Source of the DNA: Thermodesulfobacteriota bacterium
GTDB taxonomy: Bacteria > Desulfobacterota > Desulfarculia > JACQYL01
NCBI GenBank assembly: GCA_963675595.2
Contig: CAXXLZ010000002.1
Span: 3,584,001 to 3,648,000, forward strand
Length of the DNA: 64,000 nt
Reading direction: 5' to 3'
In this document: piece after piece, positions 31,199 through 42,015 of the stretch
How positions within the stretch are numbered: the first letter of the stretch is position 1
Layout of the letters: every line of letters begins with the position of its first letter
The notes under the pieces: model-generated
Database searches by the model: none
Told to the model about the DNA's origin: nothing
Seen by the model: the letters and a program-made list of their open reading frames with translations, nothing else
Position numbers and translations under genes: made by a program

Positions 31199-32854
31199 CT
31201 ATTCCCTCCCGATGAGTCTCAGTTCTTGGTTTTCACCGAATTCGTAGACTTCTCCACATGCGGAGCACTTCAAGTCGTCCCCGAGACGCACTCCGCATGT
31301 ACACATGTAACCAATCCTGCGCCCCGGGTTGCCCACGATCAGCGCGTGGGCGGGCACGTCGCGGGTCACCACCGCTCCCGCTCCGACAAAAGCATACGAG
31401 CCTATGGTGACACCGCAAACGATGGTGCAATTGGCTCCAAGGGTGGCTCCCTTGCGCACCAGCGTGGGTCTGATTTCGTCCATGCGCCGCAAGTGGGCTC
31501 TGGGATTGTACACGTTCGTGAAGACCATGGATGGCCCGCAGAATACCTCGTCCTCCAGGGTAACTCCTTTGTAGACCGAAACATTGTTCTGGATTTTGCA
31601 GGCATTTCCTATGGAGACGTCCGGCCCAACGACCACGTTCTGTCCGATATTGCATCTTTCACCAATGCGGGACCCTTCAATCACATGGCAGAAATGCCAT
31701 ATTTTGGTGCCGCTTCCCACGGTGACTCCTTCGTCCACGATGGAGGAAGGATGAACGAAAAACGAAGCCTCGGAGCCAGTGTGGGTGGTGTGCGTGGTCG
31801 GAGGCGCTTTGGGTTCAATGGGGAGTGAGATGCGGCCGGTATGGTCGTCCAATGATCTTTGACTGGCATTCAGGACGCGGAGAACGGCGAGACCTTCGTG
31901 GCCGTCCGTGCGCGGTCGTCGTCCCGTGCTGATGGCGTTGAGGAAGTGCTCACATTCCATCTTCAACGGCTCGGCTTCGGCGACTTCCACGAGCTCCGGC
32001 TCCGCTTTGGCGGGCACGGGAATCTGATGCTCCCACCGGATCATGTGAGGATACAGAAGCAATTTGCGCTTCCAAGGAAGCGTGTCGTCGAACACGGCCA
32101 TCTTTTGGTCTCCCACGACCACGAGCTTCTGTTCCTTGTAAGGATGGAGCCAGGAAACGAAAATATGAGCCTTCAGGCCGGACGGGAATTCGAGGTGGGT
32201 CGTAGTGACGTCGGCAATGGCCTTGTGGAGATAGTTTGCGCCCATGGCCCGGACCGACTCCGGTTCTTCACCCGCGAGTGTCAGGATCATGGAAATGTCG
32301 TGAGGAGCAAAGGACCAGAGAATATTCTCCTCACGACGTATCTTTCCCAGATTCAACCGATGTGAATAGATGTAGTTGATTCTGCCGAGCTCTCCACCTT
32401 CCACCAACTCCCGCAGTTTAACGAACACCGGGTGAAATTGCAGGAGATGCCCCACCATCAATATGGTCTTTCTCTTGTCCGCCATTGCGATGAGTTCACG
32501 GCCTTCCCGTTCGTCGAGTACCAAGGGCTTTTCGACATACACGTGCTTTCCGGCCATGATGGCCTCTCGAGCAAGCGTGAAATGGGTTTCGGCGGGTGTG
32601 GCGATGACCAGCGCATCGATATCCTCTCGCGGGAGGATTTCTCCCAGGGTGAGGCAGGTGTCGACCTGCGGATATTGCCGGCGGAACTGGTCCAGAATGG
32701 TTTCGTTCTTGTCGCAGATAAGTCTCAGGGCGCCGAGCTGAGCATAATTTCTCACCAGGTTCTTACCCCAGTATCCGGAACCGATGACGGCGACACGAGG
32801 GAGCTGGGCATCGGATATTTGCCGCTGGGAAATATCCGGTTGGGAAGAGGACAT
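31199..32854 (-). CDS. Fused Gfo/Idh/MocA dehydrogenase (WbpB-like) and hexapeptide N-acetyltransferase (WbpD-like)
   Basis: GSGYWG, VEKP, HD motif; C-terminal [29 protein letters not shown]; ATG 32854 after GGAGG. Confidence 0.88.
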   Translation of the reverse strand: MSSSQPDISQRQISDAQLPRVAVIGSGYWGKNLVRNYAQLGALRLICDKNETILDQFRRQYPQVDTCLTLGEILPREDIDALVIATPAETHFTLAREAIMAGKHVYVEKPLVLDEREGRELIAMADKRKTILMVGHLLQFHPVFVKLRELVEGGELGRINYIYSHRLNLGKIRREENILWSFAPHDISMILTLAGEEPESVRAMGANYLHKAIADVTTTHLEFPSGLKAHIFVSWLHPYKEQKLVVVGDQKMAVFDDTLPWKRKLLLYPHMIRWEHQIPVPAKAEPELVEVAEAEPLKMECEHFLNAISTGRRPRTDGHEGLAVLRVLNASQRSLDDHTGRISLPIEPKAPPTTHTTHTGSEASFFVHPSSIVDEGVTVGSGTKIWHFCHVIEGSRIGERCNIGQNVVVGPDVSIGNACKIQNNVSVYKGVTLEDEVFCGPSMVFTNVYNPRAHLRRMDEIRPTLVRKGATLGANCTIVCGVTIGSYAFVGAGAVVTRDVPAHALIVGNPGRRIGYMCTCGVRLGDDLKCSACGEVYEFGENQELRLIGRE

Positions 32855-33266
32855 AGTGGAACCTCCGTCGGATTTTATGAAATTGAAGGTCCGGGACAAG
32901 GCCGCCGGTAGGGTAGAACCCATTACATGCAAATCAGCTTAACATCTCGAAGGAGCATCGTCCACCACCCGGCGGACGTAAGATTCGGCCCTTGCCCGGT
33001 TGCTTCATGGCCCGCATGTATGGTACATGAATCCAAGTATTGCAAAATGAATTCAGGATGATACGCACCGAGGGTCCGCTGCGGGGAAAGCACGAAACCA
33101 CCTAGGTTGGGTGTAGGACGTCTGGTCTTCTGGGAGGTTTCAATCTCCCTCGACAAGACGGAACCGCCGGGATCCGGCCGTGTTCGAATATCCGCGTGTT
33201 TCGCCTCTACAGGAGTCCGATTCTCTTTTTCTCGAGGCGGTGCGGAAAGAAATAAAGGGAGTGAGC

Positions 33267-34406
33267 ATGAAAAAAGGAAGAGTTGAGGAATTGGGAAGTA
33301 GGAGGGACTTCCTCAAGAAATCCGGGGCATTCGCCGCGGGAGCCGTCGGAGCCTCAATCCTTCCCGCCCCTCGGGAGAGCGCCGCTGCGTCTACCGTGAT
33401 GTGGAGGGTCCAAACCGTTTGGGATACGGATACGCTGGGCTTCGACCTGTTTGCCGACTTCTGTGCTTCGGTCAATCTGGCATCCGAGGGGAAGTTCAAG
33501 CTGGAACCCATGGCGGTCGGCACGGTGGTTCGAGGTTCGGAGATGTTTGACGCCGTGAGGGCGGGAGTCCTGGACGCCATGATGGGCTTCGAGTCTCATT
33601 GGGCCGCGAAACAGCCGGTGTCGCCTTTTCTCACGAGCTACCCCATGGGAATGGGAACCCCCGATCTGTGGGAGACCTGGTATGATCGTCTCGGCGGAAG
33701 CCAAATTGCCGATGAAGCTTACGGGAAGTATAAGATGGCTTTCTTGGGACCGATTCAGTATGGACATCCGGTGATTTTCTCCAAAGTCCCGCTGCGAAAT
33801 TTCGATGAGTTCAAAGGCAAAAAGCTTCATGTGGATCCGGGCATGGCGTCGGAATTCTATCGTGCCGCCGGAGCCGAGCCCGTCAACCTGGACGTTACCG
33901 AAGCGCACGACGCGTTGGACAAAGGCAAGGTCGACGCTACCGCGGTTTTCGGAGCGGCTCGCGGCTATTACCTGGGGTTGGGGGAAATCACCAAATATGT
34001 TGTTCTCGGGCCGCCTTCGACTCCAAGCCTTCACCGGGGAGCGGACCTGATGAGTCTCGTGGTCGGAGCGCGCAAATGGGGGGACCTGTCGGCGTCGCTC
34101 AAGCTTCAGCTGCGGGCTCTGCTCAGATTGTTTTCGTGGCGGCAATACGCGGCGTTTCAACAGGCCGACATGGAGGCCTGCCGGAACCTCCGCAAAGAGC
34201 AGAAGATGGAGATCATCCGCTTGGCAGAAGAGGATCTGAAACGTTTTCAGCGCGCCGCCCCCGCGATTTGGGTCAAGTCCGCAAAGAAGTCGCCCTTGGC
34301 GGCCAAGGCCTTGAAAAGCCAGATCGACTTTCAAATGTCGCCCAATGTCGGACTCCTTTCGGAGTCGGATCTGGTGGACGAGCATGGAAAGAAGCTGTCC
34401 TTCTAA
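33267..34406 (+). CDS. Tat-exported TRAP solute-binding protein (DctP/TakP-like), orphan
   Basis: SRRDFLK twin-arginine signal; WRVQT.W, FDAV..GVLD, W...GG. Confidence 0.8.
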   Translation: MKKGRVEELGSRRDFLKKSGAFAAGAVGASILPAPRESAAASTVMWRVQTVWDTDTLGFDLFADFCASVNLASEGKFKLEPMAVGTVVRGSEMFDAVRAGVLDAMMGFESHWAAKQPVSPFLTSYPMGMGTPDLWETWYDRLGGSQIADEAYGKYKMAFLGPIQYGHPVIFSKVPLRNFDEFKGKKLHVDPGMASEFYRAAGAEPVNLDVTEAHDALDKGKVDATAVFGAARGYYLGLGEITKYVVLGPPSTPSLHRGADLMSLVVGARKWGDLSASLKLQLRALLRLFSWRQYAAFQQADMEACRNLRKEQKMEIIRLAEEDLKRFQRAAPAIWVKSAKKSPLAAKALKSQIDFQMSPNVGLLSESDLVDEHGKKLSF

Positions 34407-34555
34407 CCACGGCGGCATATAATCGATCCTTGACATAAGTTTTTATTTAAAAGTCCGATATCGGGATAGAGACTTTTTGGGTTCATTGCGGTATATGTAT
34501 TCAGGTCGGCACATCGGTAGATTCTCTCTCATGCGGAAAGTACCCGGTAGCCAAA

Positions 34556-36469
34556 ATGGTGCGGAAATATCTCATGAAGCTGAAAAGGCGTCCCAATTTA
34601 GGCTTTCTACTCATTTCTCTGAGTGTTCTCATCGTCCTTGCCCTTCTTTATCTCGTGGCCAGGCATGTAGCCGTCAACGAAGCTTTGGGCCATGCGGCCG
34701 GTGTCGCCATAGCCACGGCGGCGGGCATCGAGCCCGAGGATGTGGCCTCCATCCGTAAACCCTCGGACGTGGCGCTTCCCGCCTTTCAAAAAGTTCAGAG
34801 ATTCCTCCACCGTGTGTCCGGCTCGAACCTGGACGTGAAATATGTTTATCTGATTCGGAAAATTACCGACAAACAGGACGGATCGGCCTCTTTTGAATAC
34901 GTCTTGGATGATTCCGCATTGGACATCAATGGGAACGGAGTTCTGGAGGCCGGAGAAATCAGACGTCTCCCGGGAACGCCTTTCGAACATACGGGCGGTT
35001 TGGCTGAGCTGAAACGGGCCTGGTACCACCCGACGTCCCAGTTTGGTGATTCACCGGGCGACGAATTCGCCGGGCACATCTCCGGGTTCGCACCGGTCAA
35101 AGAAACCGACGGCGAAACCGTGGCCATACTCGGAGTGGACATCAGTTCCAGTGACGTCCGCACGCGACTGTTCCGCCTGCGGGTTTCCGTAGTGGCGGTT
35201 TGGCTTTTTCTGAGTCTTCTGGGTTTCTACTTCTCCGGGATCACAAAAAGGAAATGGCTGGGGTACGTACTTGTATCATTGATCATTCTGGTGCTTTTCG
35301 GATTCCTGTATATGATCGCGCGGCGAGTAATCATCAACGAAATCCGTTACCATGCCATGGGCGTGGCCATCGCCACGGCTGCGGGTATTGAGGCTTCGGA
35401 TATTGAAGGTATCTCGTCCGCCGAGGACATTGCGCGTCCGGGATTTCAGAGGTTGCAGAAATTTCTTGGAAGAATCTCGGATACCAATGTGGATGTGCGT
35501 TACATCTACATTATGAGGCGGAGCCTTCAGGGGACCGGCAAGGCGAGCGATTTCGAATACGTGGTGGACGAGGTTTCGATGGATGAGAATGGGAACGGAG
35601 TCATCGATCCCCAGGAAGTGGGAAATCCGCCCGGAACCTATTATGATGCTTCGGGATTTCCTCAGATGGTCAAAGCCTGGTATCAGGCCACGGCGGACTA
35701 CGACGTTTCTCCAGATCCTCCTTATCCGGACCTGATGTCCGGGTATGCTCCCATCAAGAACCAGCAGGGACGGACCGTCGCCATTGTGGGGGTGGACGTA
35801 ACCGCGGCCGTGGTAAAGCAGAAACTCAAAGCGGTACAGGCGGTGATCGTTATTGTCTGGGCGGCACTGAGTCTCATGACCATAGCGGTTCTGCAATTCT
35901 ATTTCAGCCAGCGGAAGCTCCTGGAGGAGCGAAACCGATTGGTGGAACAGCTGGCGGAGAGTGAACGTAAGTATCGAGAGCTGAGCGTTACCGATGATCT
36001 GACCGGGCTGAACAATACTCGGCTGTTCTACGAGCAGTTGAACAGAGAGATCAGCCGAACCACCCGTTACGGCCACGAAATGAGCCTTCTTCTCCTGGAT
36101 ATCGACGATTTCAAAGCGTTTAACGATACCTTCGGACATCTCAAAGGAAACAAGGCGTTGACCCGGCTCGGGGAGATTATTCGGGCGAACCTGAGGGAAT
36201 CCGATTCGGGTTATCGATACGGAGGCGAGGAATTCACCGTGATCTTGCCCGAGACGAGCAAAGACCAGGGCATGAACATGGCGGAGCGTATTCGTCGGCT
36301 GTTCGAAGAGGAAGGCTTGGGCGGAGAAAACGGGAGATCATGCATCACCGTCAGCATCGGCGTGGCGGAATACAAACCGGGAGAGGACGAAGAATCTCTT
36401 GTTCGTCGAGCCGATGAATACATGTACCAAGCCAAACGTGAGGGAAAAAACCGAGTCTGCTGCCTCTGA
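34556..36469 (+). CDS. Membrane diguanylate cyclase with two tandem periplasmic sensor modules
   Basis: D.LTGL.N, DIDDFK.FND.FGH..G, RESD I-site, GGEEF; duplicated TM-sensor-TM unit. Confidence 0.92.
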   Translation: MVRKYLMKLKRRPNLGFLLISLSVLIVLALLYLVARHVAVNEALGHAAGVAIATAAGIEPEDVASIRKPSDVALPAFQKVQRFLHRVSGSNLDVKYVYLIRKITDKQDGSASFEYVLDDSALDINGNGVLEAGEIRRLPGTPFEHTGGLAELKRAWYHPTSQFGDSPGDEFAGHISGFAPVKETDGETVAILGVDISSSDVRTRLFRLRVSVVAVWLFLSLLGFYFSGITKRKWLGYVLVSLIILVLFGFLYMIARRVIINEIRYHAMGVAIATAAGIEASDIEGISSAEDIARPGFQRLQKFLGRISDTNVDVRYIYIMRRSLQGTGKASDFEYVVDEVSMDENGNGVIDPQEVGNPPGTYYDASGFPQMVKAWYQATADYDVSPDPPYPDLMSGYAPIKNQQGRTVAIVGVDVTAAVVKQKLKAVQAVIVIVWAALSLMTIAVLQFYFSQRKLLEERNRLVEQLAESERKYRELSVTDDLTGLNNTRLFYEQLNREISRTTRYGHEMSLLLLDIDDFKAFNDTFGHLKGNKALTRLGEIIRANLRESDSGYRYGGEEFTVILPETSKDQGMNMAERIRRLFEEEGLGGENGRSCITVSIGVAEYKPGEDEESLVRRADEYMYQAKREGKNRVCCL

Positions 36470-36542
36470 TGCCGAGCCGAGGTAGAAGAGCCGTTTCAAG
36501 TCCCTCATCGTCAACACCCGAACGATCGGGTTTGATCAGGAT

Positions 36543-37586
36543 TCACATTCCGCCGCGGTCCCCCATGCCTCCTTGGCCGATGAGGGCGAAGGGCACCATT
36601 TTCTTTGTGGTTCGGCCTTGTTTGATGACGGCTTCCAGCACTTCTTCCTTGCTCCCCAACGCGACGCGTATCCAGTATTTCCCCGCGGGCATGGCCCTGT
36701 TGATGTAGGGCGTCTTTCCCATAAAGGTCCAGGCCTCGCTCGGGCCATAAGGCGCAAGCCAACTCTTGGACCGGTCCATGTAGAACACGTCCGCCCCGGC
36801 AGGGGATGAACGGATTTCCAGCACGGCCGCTCCCTTTTCGGGAGCGGGGGGCGGGGCGGCTTCCCGGGTGAAGATGTCGTCTTCCCCTCTGGAAGAGTCG
36901 CTCGGTCTAAACACGTTCCAGAAAGACCAAGCCTCCTCCTTGTTTGAGGCTTCCGGGTCCGACGCCTGATCGGTCGAAGGGGTGGTCTTTTGTTCGGTCG
37001 GTGTGACCATGACCGTGTTCTCGGAAGATCCGGAGGAGGACGGTGAAGAAACGTATGAGCCGGAAGAGGCCGGAGCGGGTTGGGGCTCCTTACCGGAGAG
37101 ACGATCACCCAGCCGGGTCACGGCGCTCTCGAGGTCGCCGATTCCCTGCGCTTTCTCTCTCAAATGATTGGTGATGGAGCCGGTTTTCGTGTCGATCATT
37201 CGTACGGAAACGTAAATGGGAAAATCGGGGGCGAGTTGAACCACGGTTCCGGTGAGAATGGCCGAAACACCGAGCAGATGTCCCACCCGTGCAACGGTCT
37301 GCGGATCGACCCTGCCGCTTTGACCCAGGTTCTGTTCCTCGATGACCTTCTGGAGAGAGAGCCTTTCCTTCACGTCAAAAACGTCGTTTCCGACGAGCGA
37401 GGCGGTCAGCCACTCGGCAACGATGGCCCCGGCGTCCGGTATTCGGATGTCACCTTGGGCATCGAATTCCACCACCGCGATTTTGACTTTTTCCTCGGCG
37501 TTTCCGGCGACGGAAAAAGCGAGCAGAATTGTCAGTGCCCACCAGACCATTCCTGAATATCGCGCTTTTTGATTTCCTCCCGCCAT
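36543..37586 (-). CDS. Secreted CsgG/FlgO/TolB-N-like domain protein with C-terminal PEGA-like domain
   Basis: Signal peptide; IAVVEF, ER..L.KVIEEQ.L..SG.VD..T...VG.LLG; IRSSPAGADV, GKTP. Confidence 0.72.
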   Translation of the reverse strand: MAGGNQKARYSGMVWWALTILLAFSVAGNAEEKVKIAVVEFDAQGDIRIPDAGAIVAEWLTASLVGNDVFDVKERLSLQKVIEEQNLGQSGRVDPQTVARVGHLLGVSAILTGTVVQLAPDFPIYVSVRMIDTKTGSITNHLREKAQGIGDLESAVTRLGDRLSGKEPQPAPASSGSYVSSPSSSGSSENTVMVTPTEQKTTPSTDQASDPEASNKEEAWSFWNVFRPSDSSRGEDDIFTREAAPPPAPEKGAAVLEIRSSPAGADVFYMDRSKSWLAPYGPSEAWTFMGKTPYINRAMPAGKYWIRVALGSKEEVLEAVIKQGRTTKKMVPFALIGQGGMGDRGGM

Positions 37587-37675
37587 GGTTCGTCCTTTCC
37601 GGTCCTGTCTAAACTATAGGGTTGGGCGGGATGTTGTGCAACCCGCCGGCCGGGTGACGGGAAGAGGCTCCCGCT

Positions 37676-40600
37676 TTACGGGGCGGATTCTCGATAGAGC
37701 ATGTAATAAACCACGGGAACGAGGACCAGGGAGAAGGCGGTGGACACGAACAGCCCGAAAATCAGCGCCCAGGCCAATCCGGAGAAGATGGGGTCCAAGG
37801 TGATGGGAAGAGCGCTTAGGGCCGTGGTGGCCGCCGTGAGGAAGATGGGTCTCATGCGGACCGCGCCGCTCTGAAGGATCGCCTCCCGCACGTCCATTCC
37901 CTGCAGACGGGAGTCGCGAATAAAGGTGATGAGTACCACGGAATTTCGCACCACGATTCCCGCGAGAGCGATGGTTCCGATCATGGCCGTTGCGGTGAAA
38001 AACACGGGATTGGGAAAGCCGTCCACCGGAGGAGCGAAGAGCAGGTTCAGGAAAAAGAACCCCGGCATGATTCCAATGATGGTGAGGGGAACGGCAATGA
38101 GCAGGACCAGAGGCAACAGGTAGCTTCGAGTCTCGTAAACCAGGAGTATGTAGATTCCGAGAAAAGCCACGGCGAAGGCGATGCCCAGGTCCCGGAAAAC
38201 GTCCAGTGTGATCTTCCATTCTCCCTCTCCCGCCAGTTCCACTTCGAAACCCGGCGGCAGGGGTTGTTCCTCCAATCGCTGCTTCAGGCCGAAGATGGCT
38301 TCAGCAGGGGATCTTCCGGCCATTTCGCCGTAAAGATAGACCACTTTGCGAAGATTCTTATGATATATGGTTTGTTCCACACGAAATTCCTGGAAGCGAC
38401 CTAGTTCGGACAGACGGACGGATTTTTTGCCGGCTCCACGAACATGGAGCCTTTCCAGATCGTCGAGGGAGGATCTCATGGCCCTCGGGAGCTGAATTCG
38501 AATGAACAGAGGGTTGGCTTCAAGAGGTATGTGAAGGGCTCCGGGGGAGGAGCCCTCAAGGCCCAGTCTGATCGTTTGTGCGATCGCGTCCGTTGATACT
38601 CCGTGCAGCGCCGCTTTCTCTTTGTCCACTCGGAATACATAGCGCAATTGGGGTGACTCGATGGAATCGTCGCGATCCACGAGAAGGGGCTCATCGGCCA
38701 TGTAGGTTTCCACCGTCTTCGCCGCATTCATGATTTCCTGGTAGGTCTGGTCGGGCGCGCCGTAGATCTCGGCGGTGATGGTGGCCAGGACGGGTGGACC
38801 CGGTGGAGTCTCCACAATCTTGATGTTCGCGCCGTACCGTTCCGCAATGGCCGTCAAATCGTTCCGGAGTCTGAGGGCGACGGCATGACTTTGCTGTTCC
38901 CTTCGGTCTTTGGGAACCAGGTTGATACGCACGTCCGCCACATTGCCTCCCTCGCGGAGGTAGTAGTGTCTGACCATGCCGTTGAAGTCCATGGGACTGG
39001 AAAGACCGACGAAAACCGCGAAGTTGGTCACTTCGGGCACGGTCCCCAGGTATTCGGCAAAAGCGTCCGCCGTTCCGGCGGTTTCCTCCAGGGTGGTGCC
39101 TTCCGGCATATCGATGACGATCTGCAGCTCGTTCTTGTTGTCGAACGGGAGCATCTTCAACGGTACGAACCCGAAAACGGCGAGGCTCACCGCGCCCAGG
39201 AAGAGAAGGATCACGGTGATGATCAGCACGAGACGCCGAGTTCCGGAATCGAGAAAAGGCCCGACCAGCCGGGAGTAGGTTCGCTGCAGCCACTCAGGAA
39301 CGGTCTGCTGTGGAATACTCGAATCCGGGGCGTTTTCTTCCAACCCCTGCTTTCGAAGGAGTAGAAAACTGAGCCAGGGGACCAAGGTCAAAGCACACAC
39401 CGTGCTGAAAGTTACGGCCAGTGGGACGTTGACCGCCATGGGTTTCATGTAGGGACCCATCATGCCCGTAATGAAAAACATGGGAGCAAAGCTCACGATA
39501 ATGGCCAGGCTGGAAAGAATGACCGGGGGAAGGACTTCGGTCACTGCGGCCAGCGTGGCGTCCAGGGGCTTCTTCATGCGCATGCGGATGTGACGTTGGA
39601 CGTTGTCCACAATGGCGATGGGATCATCCACCACGAGGCCGAGGGAGAGAATCAGCGCGAACAGGGTGACCCGGTTGATGGTGTAGCCGGCGATGAAATT
39701 GACGAGCAATGTCAGACTGAAGGTTACCGGAACGGCGGTAATCACAATGAGGGCTTCCCGACCGCCCATGAAGAAGGAGATGAGCACTGCGACCACGATG
39801 CCGGCTACGGCCAGGGATTCAACCAGGTCGTTCACCTTATCGTTGGCGGTAAGCCCGTAATCCCTCGTAACGGCTATTTTCATTCCGTCGGGCAGAATCG
39901 TTCGCTGAAGTTCCTCCAGGCGTTTCTGGACCGCGTTGGAAACCGTGACCGCATTGGAGCCCTTTTGTTTGGCCACGGCCAAGGTTACCGCCGGATAGAA
40001 AACCCCGGATTCGTAGCCGGTGGGGAGAGCTTTCAAGGCCGAGGCTCGACCGAATCCCAATTTGGTATAAGAGGCGATTTCTTCCGGGCCGTCCGTGACG
40101 TGTGCGACGTCCCTGAGATAGACGGGTTTTTCTCCTTCGATTCCCACCACGAGATCGCGAACTTCGTCCGGGTCGGAAAGCGTTGTGCCGCCGTCCACTA
40201 CGATAAGGAGATTGTCTCTCTCAAAGTCTCCGGCGGGCAAAGTGACGTTGGCTCCGGATAGAGCCTGATAAACGTCCAGAGGAGTGAGCTTTCGCGCCGC
40301 CAGGGCTTCCGGGTCCAAGTCCACCGTGAGCCGGCGGCTCAGTCCGCCGATGATGCTTGTGATCCCGGTTTTAGGCACCTGCTGTACCAGTATTTCAAGT
40401 TCCTCCGCCACCCGGCGAAGCTCGAAAAGCGAGTGTTTCGAGCTGTAAAGCGTGGCGGCCAAGATGGGAACATCGTCGATCTCCACGGGCTTGACCACCC
40501 ATCCGGTGACACCGGGAGGAATCCGGTCGAGGTTCATTTCGATCTTGTTGTACAGGCGTATGAGACTGTCTTCCCGATTTTCTCCCACGTAGAACCGCAC

Positions 40601-40900
40601 CGTTACTATGGCCATATCTCGTTTGGACATGCTGTAGACGTATTCGACTCCGTCGATTTCCATGAGCATTTTTTCCAAACGGGTTGATGCCAGGCGTTCC
40701 ACCTCCTCGGCACTGAATCCGGGCATCTGAATGATCACGTCCGCCATCGGCACGACGATCTGGGGATCCTCCTCGCGGGGCGTGGCGACCAGTGCGAGGA
40801 ATCCCGCCGCCAAGGCAAACAGGATCAGTAACGGGGACAGATTCCGGACGATAAAAGCGCGAACGAACGCGGACAGTATTCCAGTACGTTCCGTAGTCAT
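37676..40900 (-). CDS. RND efflux permease (AcrB/AcrD/AcrF family)
   Basis: 1074 aa, PREEDPQI, LGLVVDD, IVVRNS, R.RPI.LT. Confidence 0.93.
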   Translation of the reverse strand: MTTERTGILSAFVRAFIVRNLSPLLILFALAAGFLALVATPREEDPQIVVPMADVIIQMPGFSAEEVERLASTRLEKMLMEIDGVEYVYSMSKRDMAIVTVRFYVGENREDSLIRLYNKIEMNLDRIPPGVTGWVVKPVEIDDVPILAATLYSSKHSLFELRRVAEELEILVQQVPKTGITSIIGGLSRRLTVDLDPEALAARKLTPLDVYQALSGANVTLPAGDFERDNLLIVVDGGTTLSDPDEVRDLVVGIEGEKPVYLRDVAHVTDGPEEIASYTKLGFGRASALKALPTGYESGVFYPAVTLAVAKQKGSNAVTVSNAVQKRLEELQRTILPDGMKIAVTRDYGLTANDKVNDLVESLAVAGIVVAVLISFFMGGREALIVITAVPVTFSLTLLVNFIAGYTINRVTLFALILSLGLVVDDPIAIVDNVQRHIRMRMKKPLDATLAAVTEVLPPVILSSLAIIVSFAPMFFITGMMGPYMKPMAVNVPLAVTFSTVCALTLVPWLSFLLLRKQGLEENAPDSSIPQQTVPEWLQRTYSRLVGPFLDSGTRRLVLIITVILLFLGAVSLAVFGFVPLKMLPFDNKNELQIVIDMPEGTTLEETAGTADAFAEYLGTVPEVTNFAVFVGLSSPMDFNGMVRHYYLREGGNVADVRINLVPKDRREQQSHAVALRLRNDLTAIAERYGANIKIVETPPGPPVLATITAEIYGAPDQTYQEIMNAAKTVETYMADEPLLVDRDDSIESPQLRYVFRVDKEKAALHGVSTDAIAQTIRLGLEGSSPGALHIPLEANPLFIRIQLPRAMRSSLDDLERLHVRGAGKKSVRLSELGRFQEFRVEQTIYHKNLRKVVYLYGEMAGRSPAEAIFGLKQRLEEQPLPPGFEVELAGEGEWKITLDVFRDLGIAFAVAFLGIYILLVYETRSYLLPLVLLIAVPLTIIGIMPGFFFLNLLFAPPVDGFPNPVFFTATAMIGTIALAGIVVRNSVVLITFIRDSRLQGMDVREAILQSGAVRMRPIFLTAATTALSALPITLDPIFSGLAWALIFGLFVSTAFSLVLVPVVYYMLYRESAP

Positions 40901-40920
40901 GTGGAAACCTTATTCGGCAT

Positions 40921-42015
40921 TCAGTGCAATATAACCCTTGGGGGAACGTCCGAGCCCTTCGGAGGATCGACCCCCGAAAGCACCTCGACTCGATCGCCGA
41001 CGACTTTTCCCGTTTGCACCTGCACACGGGTCACCGTGTCATCGGGAGCGACCACGTCCAGGAGTCTCACTTGGCCCACGTGCCTCACCGATTGAGCCGG
41101 AACGAGCAGGCGTTGAATCCGGCCGCATGGGATTTCTATGCGACCGAACATTCCGGGATAGAGGCGGCCTTCATCCGGGAGGGAAACTTTGACGGTGAAC
41201 GACCGACTGGATTCCGAGGCTTGAGGGACTATTTCTTCCACCTTGCCGATGCCTCGGAAATCCAGCGCGGGAATCACCATGTCGATGTCCTGCGCATGAG
41301 TGATGCATGAGAGGACGGATTCCGGGATATCGGCTTCCAGACGGAGATTGGAGGGATCATACATGGAAAGGAGCGCTCGACCCGATACCGCCATGTCCCC
41401 GGGTTCGGACAATCTTTCGATCACCTTTCCGTCGGCCGGAGCGTAGATTCGGGTGAAACCGAGGCGGGAATCCACCACTGCGATTTCTTCTTCGGCACCC
41501 TTGACCGCCGCTTCCGCGGCTTCCAAAGCCCGTTGAGCCACATCGTATTCATGGCGGCTGACGGCATCGCGCTGAAATAGTTCCCGCCTCCGCACAAAAT
41601 CTTTTCGATTCAAGTTCCGATCGGCCTCGGCAGCTTCGAGGACCGCGCGAGCCGCCGCTTTTTGGGCGATCAGTTCACCCGGATCCAGTTGGACCAACAA
41701 GTCGCCCCGACGTACCACATCCCCGGCGCGTACGAGAATCCGATCTACGCGTGCGAGTATTTTGGAAGAAATCAGAATTTCATGTTTGGCCCTTACCGTG
41801 CCGACAGCCTCGATCATTCTGGTGGAAGCGATCCATTCCATGGGAGCCGTTTCAGCTCCCGGGGGGAGCCTATTCACCGATTGCGCCAGGTGTTCGGGAG
41901 GAATCTTTTCCTTATACGCCCTGGTGACATAAACTCCCAAACCCGCAAACAGAATGAGGGACAATACCGCCCCGGCCAACCGTCGGAGTTTCGAGCTTCC
42001 AGGCGTGAGTTTCAT
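40921..42015 (-). CDS. RND periplasmic adaptor (membrane fusion protein)
   Basis: N-terminal TM, V..GD.V..GD.L, coiled coil, IYAP.DG, LYPGMFG. Confidence 0.9.
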   Translation of the reverse strand: MKLTPGSSKLRRLAGAVLSLILFAGLGVYVTRAYKEKIPPEHLAQSVNRLPPGAETAPMEWIASTRMIEAVGTVRAKHEILISSKILARVDRILVRAGDVVRRGDLLVQLDPGELIAQKAAARAVLEAAEADRNLNRKDFVRRRELFQRDAVSRHEYDVAQRALEAAEAAVKGAEEEIAVVDSRLGFTRIYAPADGKVIERLSEPGDMAVSGRALLSMYDPSNLRLEADIPESVLSCITHAQDIDMVIPALDFRGIGKVEEIVPQASESSRSFTVKVSLPDEGRLYPGMFGRIEIPCGRIQRLLVPAQSVRHVGQVRLLDVVAPDDTVTRVQVQTGKVVGDRVEVLSGVDPPKGSDVPPRVILH

